Shown here: piece after piece, positions 25,190 through 37,999 of the stretch
How positions within the stretch are numbered: position 1 is the stretch's first letter
Layout of the letters: each line of letters starts with the position of its first letter
Assembly: GCA_030390025.1 (NCBI GenBank)
Contig: CM059432.1
Location: 26,042,001-26,106,000 of the forward strand
Reading direction: 5' to 3'
DNA length: 64,000 nucleotides
Origin: Squalus acanthias
Lineage: Eukaryota
The notes under the pieces: generated by a model
Told to the model about the DNA's origin: nothing
What the model saw: only the letters and a program-made list of their open reading frames with translations
Database searches by the model: none
Program-made: the position numbers and the translations under genes

Positions 25190-25617
25190 TTTTAAATTGT
25201 TGTTCCAGGGAGGTGAGCGTCGCTGGCAAGGCCAGCATTTATTGCCCATCCCTAATTGCCCTTGAGAAGGTGGTGGTGAGCCACCTTCTTGAACCGCTGC
25301 AGTCCATGTGTTAATACTTCTTTGTGACAATTTGGTACAACTGAGTGGCTTGCTAGGCCATTCAGAGGGCAGTTAAGAGTCAACCACATTGCTGTGGGTC
25401 TGGAGTCACATATAGGCCAGACCAGGTAAGGACAGTAGATTTCCTTCCCTAAAGGACATTAGTGAACCTGATGGGTTTTTACGACAATCCGGTAGTTTTA
25501 TGGTCACCATTACTGATACTAGCTTTTTATTCCAGATTTATTTAATTAACTGAATTTAAATTCCCCAGCTGCCGTGGTGGGATTTGAACTCACGTCTCTG
25601 GATCATTAGTCCAGGCC
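25190..25617 (-). mobile_element. SINE made of the 5' head and 3' end of the CR1-Zenon-like LINE (internal-deletion derivative)
   Basis: 25617 down to ~25335 matches LINE ~5957-6215 (B box GAGTTCAAATCC ... gccactcagttgta). ~25310 down to 25200 matches LINE ~9028-9135 (gactgcagc.gttcaag...aagggcaa.tagggatgggcaataaatgctggcc). Confidence 0.88.
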
Positions 25618-26294
25618 ATGCTTCATGCAATGTCCTGGCAATGGGGGAACCACCTGTTTTAACAGACCACTTTTTCCAATGGCAGAGCAGGTGGTCTTCA
25701 ATAACAAGTTCCACTATATAAATCCTAGCACTAGTATGCTAATATTTTTTCTTTACAAAGTATGCATTCTTGTATAAATTAACTTACTTTCACATGTATC
25801 ATCCAATTCTCTAAAGAAAAAGGTGAAAAAGTAGATGCTTTACTGTTATGACAGTTCTGTCTTTGATGTAAAGACAGATCTTAACTGGTCCTTTACCATG
25901 GGAGACTAAAATTGTGTTTTCTGTTAACATATTTAAACATAATGCATTAAACATGTTTAATTCCTAAAATTTCTGTAGTGCCATCTTTAATAAAACTTAC
26001 AGCAAGTGAAAGTTATCTGCCATTTTCAGACTTGTCAGCTATGATGTGTTAACATTAATTTAGTTCAAACAAAATGCCAAAATCCATCAACTGAAAACAA
26101 ACCCTCTACACATCACTTAGCAATGTTGAAATGACAAAGTTATGGTTTGTTATAGAAGACTAAAGATTATTTTAGTGAAAGTATCACATTAAGACAACAC
26201 ATAACATACATAAAATACTGGAAAAACACAGCAGGCTGATGTGTCTTTAAGAGACGGTTAGGTTAATGTTTTGGATACATCTTCTGAGCCAAAT

Positions 26295-27985
26295 AATGTC
26301 AGCTTGGTTGAGCTGGTAGTTAAAATGTATGTGTTATAGCCCCAATAGAGATTTGAGCACATAATCTAAGCTGACATTTCACTGCAGTACTAAGGGAATA
26401 CTGCATTGTCAAAGGTGTCACCTTTCAGATAAAAGTTTAACCTGAGGCTCATCTGCCAGATCAGGTGGACGTAAAATATTTCATTGCATTATTCAAAGAT
26501 GAGCAAGAAGCTCTCCCCCTCTTTTCTGACCAACATTTGTCCCTCATCCACCAAAAACAGGTTATCTGATCATTCATAGGAACAGGAATAGGCCATTCAG
26601 CTCCTCAAGCCTGTTCCGCCATCTAATTAGATCATGGCTGATCTGTACCTCAACTCTATCTACCCACCTTGGATCCGTAACCCTTAATACCCTTGCCTAA
26701 CAAAAATCTATCAATTTCAGTTTTGAAATTTTCAACTGACCCAGCCTCTCAGCTTTTTGGGGAAAGAGTTTCAGATTTCCACTACCCTTTGTGTGAAGAA
26801 GTGCTTCTAAACATCACCCCTGAATGGCCTAGCTCTAATTTTAAGATTATTCCCCCTTATTCTGGATGCCCCCACCAGAGAAAATAGTTTCTCTCCATCT
26901 ACCCTATCAATTCCTTTAATCATCGTAAACCTTAATTAGATCATCCCTTAATCTTTTATACTCAAGGGAATACAAGACTAGTTTATGCAATCTTTCCTCA
27001 TAATTTAACCCTTTCAGCCCCTGTATCATTCTGGTGAATCTGCTCTGTACCTCATCCGAGGCCAATATATCCTTATTGAGATGTGGTGTCCAGAACTGAA
27101 TGCAGTACGCTAAATGGTGTCTAACCAGAGCGTTATATAACTGTAACATAACTTACACCCCTTTATATTCCAGCCCCCTTGAGATAAAGGCCAACTTTCC
27201 ATTAGCCTTTTTAATTTTTTTTGTATCTGCCAACTAGCTTTTAGTGATTTCTGTTCTTGGACCCCTAAATCTCTCTGCTCATCCACAGTTCCTAGTTTCT
27301 CACGGTTTAGAAAATATGCTCGTCTACCTTTCTTAGGTCCAAAATGGATGACCTCACATTCCCCACATTGAACTCCATCTGCCACAGTTTTGCCTACTCA
27401 CTTAACCTATCATTGTCTCTTTGCAACTTTCGGCTCCCATTTACACTACTGTGCCACCTATCTTCGTGTCGGCAGAAACTTGGATATACGGCTTTCTATT
27501 ACTTCATCTAAGTTGTTTATAAATATAGTGAAAAGCTGATGCCCCAGTACAGATTCCTGGGGCACCCCCACTAGTGACATACTACCTATTATCCCTACTC
27601 GCTGTCTCCTACCTCCTAACCAATTCCCTACCCACGTCAATAGGTTGCCTCCAATTCCATGTGCTTTCATTTTTGTTAACACTCTCTTATGCAGTACTTT
27701 ATTGAATGCCTTCTGGAAGTTCACATAAATAATATCCATAGACACTCCCTTATTTACCACTTTACCAGCTCAAAGGAATTCAACTAGGTTCGTTAGACAT
27801 TAATTAGCCTTTACAAATCCATGCTGGCTCTCTCTGATCAGTTCGATTAATTTGCTATGCACACTGGATGTTGCATTTATTTATATAACAGTGATTACAT
27901 TTCAAAAGGAACCTATTGGCTGTAAAGAATTTTTGGACATCCTGAGTATGTGGGAAGGCATTATATAAATGCAAGTTTTGTTCTG
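26295..27985 (+). mobile_element. Deu-domain SINE (SacSINE1/AmnSINE1-like) split by a CR1 insertion
   Basis: gcagtactaagggaatactgcattgtc...caggtggacgtaaaa...gaccaacatttgtccctc to ~26575. It resumes at ~27850 with acagtgattacatttcaaaag...ggctgtaaag...tatataaatgcaagt. Confidence 0.7.
26576..27835 (-). mobile_element. CR1 LINE 3' part, degraded
   Basis: NFQKAFNKV, GVPQESVLG.QLF, LQLYNALVRHHLAYCIQFW, and a CR1 3' tail at ~26576. Confidence 0.88.
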
Positions 27986-28489
27986 TCAAATTTTGTTTTA
28001 TGACACTCCTGTGAAGCGCCTTGGGACGTTTTTCTAGCTTTTCATCAGAACTGGCAGAGTCAGGCTGGGAAAACACTTCAAAAAGGAACGACAATGATTT
28101 CTTATTACCACATGCATGTAATCCTTTCTGTGCCAATGTAATTACAATACTTTATATTTTCAGAAACAGTAAAAACTCACTAAGGTTTTCAAATGTGATC
28201 TTTGACATGGTCATTTCTTAGATGTCAGAGATACATCCATGCTGCTCAATTTCAAGCATACCCAGTGTGCCTCAACAACACTGACAGCAGAAACTTGCCA
28301 ATTTTTGCCCTCCCTAGTTCAGAAATGCCGAAGCTAATTTTAGTAGTTCTAACACTGCCTAAGGTGAGATAAGTTGACTCCAAAGAAAACTTGGAACAAG
28401 AAATACTCATTCAATCCATCAAGCCTGCACCTTTCACAGCCCATAAATACCTCTTTCAATCAGGAATTTACCTCCTATCCAAGATCTCT

Positions 28490-28605
28490 ATACTTTCTTC
28501 CTAACCCCAGATGACTCAGATTAGACCAGCAATTGAACTCAGGACCTTCCCAATCTATACAGCTCAGTCCACACCTGTCAGCATACTTTTTACCTGAGCC
28601 ATCTT
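28490..28605 (-). mobile_element. Old tRNA-derived SINE head
   Basis: Minus strand gatggctcag...gagttcaattgctggtct; same family as 51050-51450. Confidence 0.5.
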
Positions 28606-28724
28606 TTTTGTTTCAACCTTTCAGTTCTTAAAAAAAGTGTCAGTAATTTTTATAGCTTGATAAAAACTTGCTGAATAAGTCTGGCCCTATTTGCATAGAA
28701 AAGGTTAAAAAGTGGTTCTGCAGT

Positions 28725-29222
28725 ATCTACTCAACGACTGAACATCCACAGCCCTCTGGGGTAGAGAATTCCAAAGATTCACAACCTTTTGAGTGAAGAA
28801 ATTTCTCCTCATCTCAGTCCTAAATGGCCGACCCCTTATTCTGAGACTGTGGCCCCTAGTTCTAGATTCCCCAGCCAGGGGAAACATCCTCCCAGCATCT
28901 ACCCTGTCAAGCCCTGTAAGAATTTTATATGTTTCAATGAGATCACCTCTAATTCTTCTAAATTCTAGGGACTATAGGCCTAGTCTCCTCAATCTCTCTT
29001 CATGGGTCAATCCACCCATCCCAGAAATCAGTTTGGCGAACCTTCATTGCACTTCCTCTAAGGCAAATATATCCTTCCTTAGGTAAGATGACCAAAATTG
29101 TACATAGTACTCCAGGTGTGGTCTCACCATGGCCCTATATAATTGCAGTAAGACTTCTTTACTCTTATACTCCAATCCTTTTGTAATAAAGGGTAACATA
29201 CCATTTGCTTTCCTAATTGTTT
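28725..29222 (-). mobile_element. CR1 LINE fragment
   Basis: MFPLAGESRTRGHSLRIRGRPFRTEMRRNFFTQKVVNLWNSLPQRAV. Confidence 0.9.
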
Positions 29223-29417
29223 TTCACAACCTGCATCTCTCAAATGAAAAGAGTTCACCTTCATCCACAGGTCTCAAGAGGCTGCATAACCGGAGCAACA
29301 ATCCAGCATACACAAACTACTGAATAAAGACAACGGAAGCAACAGCTTTACCCAATTATACACTTCATGGTACTTACCGCTTATTTAGCTTTTTAAAGAG
29401 ACAAATAAGAAACTGAA

Positions 29418-32400
29418 CTAGAGGAATGGTGCAAGGGGGAGGGATTCAAATTCCTGGGGCATTGGAACCGGTTCTGGGGGAGGTGGGACCAGTACAAACC
29501 AGACGGTCTACACCTGGGCAGGGCCGGGACCGATCTCCTAGGGGGAGTGTTTGCTAGTAGTCTGGGCGAGGGTTTAAACTAAAATTGCAGGGGGTTGGGA
29601 ACCTGAGCAGGGAGATAGAGGAAAGGGAAACAAGGATAAAAGCAAAAGATAGGAAGGAGAAAAACAAAAGTGGCAGTCAGAGAAAACAACGGTTTAAATC
29701 AAACATGGCCACAGTAAATACTAATTCTAATAGGTCTAAGAGCGTTAAAAAAACAAGCCTGAAGGCTTTGTGTCTTAATGCAAGGAACATTCGGAACAAG
29801 GTGGATGAATTAGCTGCGCAAATAGAGGTAAACGAATATGATTTGATTGGGATTACCGAAACATGGCTCCAGGGTCGCCAAGGCTGGGAACTCAACATCC
29901 AGGGGTACTCAATATTCAGGAAAGATAGGCAAAAAGGAAAGGGAGGTGGGGCAGCATTGCTGGTTAAAGAGGGGATTAACACAATTGAAAGGAAGAATAT
30001 TAGCTCTGATGATGTGAAATCTGTATGGGTTGAACTGAGAAATAACAAGGGGCAGAAAACGTTAGTGGGAGTGATATATAGACCTCCAAACATTAATGCG
30101 GAGGTTGGGGATAGCATTAAAAGGGAAATTAGAGAAGCGTGCAATAAGGGCACAGCAGTCATCATGGGTGACTTTAATCTACATATAGATTGGGCTAACC
30201 AAATTAGTAACAATACTATGGAGGAGGAATTCCTGGAGTGTTGATGGGATGGTTTCCTGAACCAATATGCCGAGGAACCAACCAGAGATCAGGCCATCTT
30301 AGACTGGGTATTATGCAATGAGAAAGGATTAATTAGCAATCTTGTTGTGCGAGGCCCCTTGGGTCGGAGCGATCATAATATGATCGAATTCTTCATTAGG
30401 ATGAAGAGTGAAGTAGTTGACTCAGAGACTAGGGTCCTGAATTTAAATAAAGGAAACTACGATGGTATGAGGTGCGAGTTGGGTAGGATTGATTGGGGAA
30501 TGTCACTCAAAGGGTTGACGGTGGATAGGCAATGGCAAACATTCAAAGACCGCATGGACGAACTACAGAATTTGTTCATCCCAGTTTGGCATAAGAATAA
30601 AACAAAAAGGGTCACTCAACCGTGGCTAACAAGGGAAATTAGGGATAGCATAAGATCTAAGGAGAGGGCATATAAATTGGCCATAAAAAGCAGTAACCCT
30701 GAGGATTGGGAGCAGTTTAAGATTCAACAAAGGAGGACAAAGGGATTAATTAAGAAGGGGGAAATAGAATACAAGAGTAAGCTTGCAGGGAACATAAAAA
30801 CTGACTGTAAAAGCTTTTATAGATATGTGAAGCGAAAAAGATTAGTGAAATCAAGCATAGGTCCCTTGCAGTCAGAATCAGGGGAACTTATAATGGGGAA
30901 CAAAGAAATGTCAGACCAATTAAATACATACTTTGGTTCTGTCTTCACAAAGGAGGACACAAATAACCTCCCAGAGATGTTGGGGAACATAGGGTCTGAT
31001 GAAAGGGAGGAACTGAAAGAATCAGTATTTGTAGGGAAATGGTGTTAGGGAAATTGAAGGGATTGAAGGCCGATAAATCCCCAGGGCCTGATAATCTACA
31101 TCCTAGGGTACTTAAGGAAGTGGCCCTAGAAATAGTAGATGCATTGCTGATCATCTTCCAACATTCGATGGAATTTGGAACAGTACCCATGGATTGGAGG
31201 GTAGCTAATGTTACCACACTATTCAAAAAGGGTGGTAGAGAGAAAACGGGGAATTACAGACCGGTAAGCCTGACATCGGTAGTGGGGAAAATGCAAGAGT
31301 CCATTATAAAAGATGTAATAGCTGAGCACTTGGAAAACAGTGACAGGATCGGACAAAGTCAACATGGATTTATAAAAGGTAAATCATGCTTGACTAATCT
31401 ACTGGAATTTTTTGAGGATGTAACTGGTAAAATAGATAATGGAGAACCAGTGGATGTGGTGTATTTGGACTTCCAAAAGGCTTTTGATAAGGTCCCGCTT
31501 AAGAGATTAGCGTGTAAAGTTAAGGCACATGGGATTGAGGGCAAGGTATTGACTTGGATAGAGAACTGGTTGGCAGACAGAAAGCAAAGAGTTGGAATAA
31601 ACGGGTCTTTTTCCGAGTGGCAGGCAGTGACTAGTGGGGTACCGCAGGGATGGGTCCTTGGACCCCAGCTATTCACAATATATATTAATGATCTAGACAA
31701 GGGAACTAGATGTAATATCTCCAAGTTTGCAGACGACACAAAACTGGGTGGGCGTGTACGCTGCGAGGAGGATGCCGAGAAACTCCAGGATGATTTGGAC
31801 AGGTTGTGTGATTGGGCAGAAGCATGGCAGATGCAATATAACGTGGATAAATGCGAGGTTATCCACTTTGGTGTCAAAAACAGAAAGGCAGATTATCTGA
31901 ATGGCAGTAGATTGGGAGAAGGGGAAGTGCAACGAGACCTGGGTGTCCTTGTGCACCAGTCGCTGAAGGTAAGCATGCAGGTGCAGCAGGCGGTTAAGAA
32001 GGCAAATGGTATGTTGGCCTTCATATCGAGAGGGTTTGAGTACAGGAACAAGGATGTCTTGCTGCAGTTGTACAGGGCCTTGGTGAGACCACACCTTGAG
32101 TACTGTGTGCAGTTTTGGTCGCCTTATCTGAGGAAGGATGTTCTTGCCATGGAAGGATATCAGCGAAGATTCACAAGGCTGATACCTGGGATGGCAGGAA
32201 TGACGTATGGAGAGAGATTGGGTCGATTGGGCTTATACTCGCTGGAGTTTAGAAGAATGAGAGGGGATCTCATTGAAACTTATAAAATTCTGACAGGACA
32301 GGACAAACTAGATGCAGGAAGGATGTTCCCGATGGTCGGGGAGTCCAGAACCAGGGGTCACAGTCTAAGGATAAGGGGTAAGCCATTTAGGACAGAAATG

Positions 32401-32655
32401 AGGAGGAATTTCTTCACCCAGAGAGTGGTGAACCTGTAGAATTCTCTGCCACAGAAGGCAGTAGAGGCCAATTCATTAAATAGATTCAAGAATAGTTGGA
32501 TATATTTCTTAAGGCTAAAGGGATCAAGGGATATGGAGAGAAAGCAGGGACAGGGTACTGAATTTGGATGATCAGCCATGATCGCATTGAATGGCGGAGC
32601 AGGCTAGAGGGGCCGAATGGCCTACTCCTGTTCCTACCTTCTATGATTCTATGAA
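29418..32655 (+). mobile_element. CR1 LINE: end of ORF1 plus essentially complete ORF2 (EN + RT) with few disablements
   Basis: ORF1 end DGLHL; EN motifs LNARNI, ITETWL, YRPP, MGDFN, SDHN; RT motifs NYRPVSLTS, DFQKAFDKV, GVPQG.VLGP, KFADD. Frameshifts at ~30241 and ~31020 and a stop at 32437. Tail ttctatgattctatg. Confidence 0.96.
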
Positions 32656-34674
32656 CTGAAAATGCTTTAAACCTTTCTAATAATGTGTTTTAGTCCCACA
32701 ACTTGATGAAACTGCCAGTCCAGGATAATACATGCTCAACTATACAAACTGCATGAAATCTTCATTTATCACCGAGAATTAGAATGCACTTTAATTCCTA
32801 AATTAGGAGCAAAACTTAATTCATAATGCAGCTTGTCAATTTCAATGGAAAGCAAAATTGGGTAGGGTGTAAAACAGGTGGCTGACCCGCTGCCATTCAT
32901 TACCCACCCAGCGGAACAGTTTGAATGGACCTCAATGTCTAATAGGTATGTAACATGGTTTAAGATGTGTATAAAATATAAAATCTGTACAAAAATATTT
33001 GCTTATTAAGTATTCACAGTTAAACCTGCTCCAAAATGCTAATACAGACTTACTGGAGCAGAAATCTACAGGGGATAATACTCTCAGTTTAACAGACTAA
33101 CAAATGAATTATTTGAATTACATGGTAATATTGCTGGCCAAGCATCCATTGCAAATAAAACCCCAGATACCTTACGAGGTCCTGTCATCCTATTTAAAAT
33201 ATAGAACAAACCCTCTTTCCTTAGCATGCTTATTTTTTTTTGCAGCATCTGTTAATACCATGAATGGCTGATTATAAGTACCTCTGTATTCAGCCCAGTG
33301 CTATTAAGCAGATGGCGCTGCTAAATCCAAATTATGTACAACATCTCCCAAGTGCACCGTGTTTCCATACAATACACACATTCCCCAATTCCTCTGTGAC
33401 AGATGACTCACCTTTGCTCTGCAGAACATTTAGAAAAGTTTGCACGCTAGGCACTACTAACTGATATTTCAGCAACATTCTGCCTTCCCCTGCACATAAA
33501 CGCATGGAAACAAGAAACTAGTCTACTAATATTTTGCTAATGTATTGAAGTAACATTGTTGAAAATGTGCAGATGGCTTAATTTTTTTTGATGCATTGTG
33601 TATTCATAAATTTTGAAATCCTACATTCTAAATAATTGGTTTAATTGTCAGTAGAATTCTGCCTCCAGTATAATGGATCCTTTTCGCCTAGCTCAGGTCT
33701 AGACATGTAAATCACAAAATTACAACAAACAGATGTCTCTGCTGTTTTTACAAACTTTGCAATTAACTCACATAGCACTGTAGAAAACATGCTAAACAAA
33801 ATGATAGGATATCACACTTTGTACTCAACAGGGTTTACCCAAGATAGCGTTTCAAACTAGACTTTGATAAGTGAGCTAGGCTCATATTAATGCCCATCAA
33901 CTCAAATATCACATTATTTCAAAAAAGATTTCAGACCCCAATATAATACTTTGGCCTTAAAATGTAAAATGATTTAGCATCTCATGATGTATAGTGCAGA
34001 ATAGCTCAAATGGTACAATTCCAGTAGAAATGCAAAGAGCTTACCTGGTAACTTTTATTTTTATTTAATAGGGTATCTGACACACACGGAAACTCAAACT
34101 CACGTTTTAAGAGTCTCTGAACCAAACTACCCAACTTTCAGTGCCAATTTCTGGAAGAGGGCGGCAATTTGAGGCAAGTTTGTTAAGCACTCTGTTAGTA
34201 ACAATTATTAATATAAAGGGTGATACCCTAAAATTTAATTCTTGGGTCTCATTATCTTTTCAGCATCTGTTTCGCAATTTGCAATCAAGTGGAGGTGAAG
34301 GCTGATATGTTATTGGACCACTGCTCCTGGAGAAAGAAAGTGGTAAAGGTAATGGCCCACGAGTGATGACTTCATCTTACCTCATAGATACAGAATCTAG
34401 CACCAACATTGTTTTTTGAACAACTGCTTTTGTTTGTTGGTAGGCATGGCCCATACATGTACCATTTCCCCCCTGCATCTAAAAGTAGCTACTTCTCCAC
34501 TTCAAAACATTTGGGCAAAGTTATGACTCTTCCCTGCATTAAACAGGATGATATCATTCCCAAAGACTTTTTGGTTTCTGAGCAACCATGTTCTGCTTAT
34601 AGCTACAAAAATTCAGTGCAGATCACAGAAGATTAGAAAAACTGCTCCATGTTTGGAGGCTACTAAATGATTCC

Positions 34675-34826
34675 TAGGGGGTAATTTTAACCTAACCCGA
34701 GGGAAACTGACCAGATCGGATCAGCCACCATGAAGTCAATGGAAAGTGAAATTAGACAGGGTGTTAAACAGACTGTTGACCCGATCCCATCAATTTCCTG
34801 CTAGGCGGGGACTTAATCCCAGCCCA
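34675..34826. mobile_element. Short MITE
   Basis: Termini gggggtaattttaa and ttaatcccagccc. The internal tcaatggaaag.gaaatt...ggtgt.aaacag motif is shared with ~32840-32930. Confidence 0.45.
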
Positions 34827-35024
34827 TTGTCATAGGTCTACCCCTCCAGGTTTCATTAGTGAGCCAGAGTGGCTAGTCAATCAGCAGTGCCCTAGAGTAC
34901 TACTCAGCTGCCTGCGTCAGGTATTGGATAACTGATTTTGCTAACAGGGGTTACCTTAGTTACTACACTGTCACCTCCGGAGTCCCCTAATGATTTAGCC
35001 TTGGCCCCCATCCTCTTCCTCAGC

Positions 35025-35220
35025 TATATTTATATAGCAGCTTTAATGTACAAAATATTCCAATGAAATGGACAAAAATATAGTGAAAAGGGACAAAGGA
35101 ACACACACCTGGCTATGATGAGATAGGAAAGGCGACTGAAAGCTTGGTGAAAAAGATGAGTTTTGAGTAAGTTTTTAAAGGTGGAGAGGAAAGTGGAGAA
35201 GCTAATAGGGTCTGGGGGGC
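35025..35220 (-). mobile_element. L2 3' end
   Basis: Minus strand FKNLLKTHLFHQAF...aaagctgctatataaat, as in the L2 at 14280-14450. Confidence 0.7.
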
Positions 35221-35244
35221 AGGGCCGAGTTATCTGAAGCCTCT

Positions 35245-35760
35245 GCCACAGGTTGGAATACCACCATGGTAATTTATGAATTTGCATTCAGTTTACAATA
35301 CAATAAGTCTGAAATAAAAAAGCTGGTATCAGTAAAAGCGACTATGAAGCTGTCAGATTGTCATAAAAACCCAACTGATTCACTAATGTCCTTTCGTGAA
35401 GGAAACCTGCCATCCTGGCCGATACATAACTCCAGTCCCACACCAACATGGTTGACTTTTAACTGCCCTCTGAAGTGGCTTGTAAAGCCACTCAGTTGTA
35501 TCAAACTTCTACAAAGATTAAGAATAAAACCAGATGGACCCCTCGGCTGCGAGCTAAGCATCGAATTCGGACACGACAAAGACGCACCCAGCCCAGACAA
35601 GCCTGAAAAATCTTCCTCACTAACATCTGGGGACTGGTGTGAAAGTTGTAAGAGCTCTCCCAAGACTAGTCAAGCAACAGCGTGACACAGTCATACTCCA
35701 GAATCATACCCATCAGTCAATATCCCAGACTCTTCCATCATCATCATCCCTGGGTAGGAC
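35245..35760 (+). mobile_element. 5' fragment of a second CR1-Zenon-like LINE (decayed B box, 5' UTR and start of endonuclease)
   Basis: ggttggaataccaccatgg...gccactcagttgta...aagaataaaaccagatggacc...ctcactaacatctggggactggtg...agactagtcaagcaacagc...agtcatactc.agaatcatacc, collinear with ~5984-6480. Confidence 0.85.
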
Positions 35761-36144
35761 AGATCAATCATAGGTAAGGGCACAGTGGTTAACAGACAGA
35801 TATACATAAAATGTGTGAATGCATTCCCACCAACCTCCTGACTCTTCGGGCTTGATTTTAATAGACCTGAGGAGGCGGGTCTGTAGCGAAAATCGGAAAA
35901 AATGGCTTCAGACACCCAACCTGCCTCCATCCCGCTCTCACCCGATTTTCGTGAGTGTTCAGCCGCTCCCAAACTGACGCGACTGGAATCGGTGGGACAG
36001 ATAGTTAAGGCAGTTAACAGCCTGTTAATTGCCTTGCTAATCCTATTTTAATATTGATTTCCCATTTTCCTGCTTCTGGCTCCTGTTTCCTGACTTGTCA
36101 GAAACAGGCCAGGTTCAAGGATCGAAATGCTGGATGACATGATT

Positions 36145-37280
36145 TGTAAAGGGGAAAGTATTGACGTGGATAGAGAACTGGCTGTCAGATAGAAAACAGA
36201 GAGTTGGAATAAACGGCTCATTTTCTGAATAGCAGGCAGTAACAAGTGGGGTACCACAGGGATCTGTCCTGGGTCCCCAGCTGTTCACAATTTACATTAA
36301 TGACCTGGATCAGGGAGTCGGATGCAGCATTTCCAAATTTGCAGACGACACTAAACTAGGAGGGGGGGTGGGCTCAGAGGAGGAGACCAGGAAGCTCCAG
36401 AGCGATTTGGACAGACTGGGTGATTGGGCGGATAAACGGCAGATGCATTATAATGTGGACAAGTGCGAAGTTATCCACCTTGGGTGCAGGAACGGGAGGG
36501 CAAATTATTATTTAAATGGCAATAAATTGGGAGAGGGGGAAGTACAGAGAGACCTGGGTGTTCTTGTACACCAGTCACTGAAGGCGAGCATGCAGGTGCA
36601 ACAGGCGGTCAAGAAGGCAAACGGTATGCTGGCCTTCATAGCAAAAGGGTTGGAATACAGGAACAGGGATACCTTGCTGCAGCTGTACAGGGCACTGGTG
36701 GGACCACACCTCGAGTACTGTGTACAGTTTTGGTCGCCTCATCTGAGGAAAGATGTTCTTGCCATGGAGGGGGTGCAGCGGCGATTCACCAGGCTGATAC
36801 CAGGAATGGCGGGATTGACCTATGAGGAGAGACTATGTAGTTTAGGGATGTACACACTGGAGTTTAGAAGATTGAGAGGGGACCTCATAGAAGTGTATAA
36901 AATTCTGACAGGTCTAGACAGACTAGATGCAGAAGGAATGTTTCCCTTGGCGGGTGAGAACAGAACTAGAGGACATAATTTAAGGATAAGGGCTAAACCA
37001 TTTAGGACAGAAATGAGGGGGAATTTCTTCACTCAGAGGGTGGTGAACCTGTGGAACTCATTGCCACAGAGGGCAGTGTACGCCAGCTCATTAAATATAT
37101 TTAAGAGGGAATTAGATATATTTCTACAGGCAAAAGGGGTTAAGGGTTACGGAGAGAAGGCGGGGACGGGATACTGAATTGGAGGATCAGCCATGATCTC
37201 ATTAAATGGCGGAGCAGGCTCGAAGGGCCGGATGGCCTACTCCTGCTCCTATCTTCTATGTATCTATGTATCTATGTATG
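36145..37280 (+). mobile_element. 5'-truncated CR1 nested in the Harbinger element
   Basis: [15 protein letters not shown], open frame to 37177, then a CR1 tail with (tatctatg)n. Confidence 0.95.
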
Positions 37281-37999
37281 CATTAGTGGAGCACTTTAAA
37301 AGCGCCCCTGAAACATGGCTGACATTCAAATGCAATAACTTTGCTGCTGCAGGTATGGGATAAGATTTTGCACATCTACTGACATTGTGACTGTTCAAGC
37401 TGACACCCATCTGCAGTGTGACATGAATGGAATAATTTCAGGCCACTTCGACTGTGCGCTTGCAAGCTTGTTGCCTCAAATGAAATCTATAGGGGATGGG
37501 AAACATTTATGTCCTCTCATCCTGGTCCTCATAATCAGAGGAGTAGCAGCCGCGTGGCTCAGCGCAGATCTTCCTGGGAAGAGGAGTAGGAGGAGGACGA
37601 GGGGCGCCTTGCATGCCCTGTTGTGACCAATGCAGCATCCCTCCAGTTCACTGCTGCCTGTCAAGCAGAGTATGCACACTGCCATGCCACATTAGCATAA
37701 GTTTACTCTTCAACCATATGGCTCTGTAATTGCAGGCTACCATATGGCTCTGTAATTGCAGGCGACACTTGTCCAATGTCATACATCATCTCTGCTATAC
37801 CCTGTTATTTCCTATCACTTTTACCATCAGCATTATGAAAGCAAGTCGCCCTGAGCCCTCAATGCGCTTTTGCCATTTCCCATAATACATAGGCCACACA
37901 ATCAACTGTTTGCCATAATTTTTCTTTTACACATCACAAAAGGATAATAAACCAGCAACAGTCAGAAAAAAAAGATAAATCACCCAAGTGACTCCCCTT

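Noticed and set aside
37713..37764. 26-bp tandem duplication (and a 17-bp one at ~24922-24957)
   Set aside because: Two-copy slippage duplications without spacers; not a CRISPR-like or functional array.
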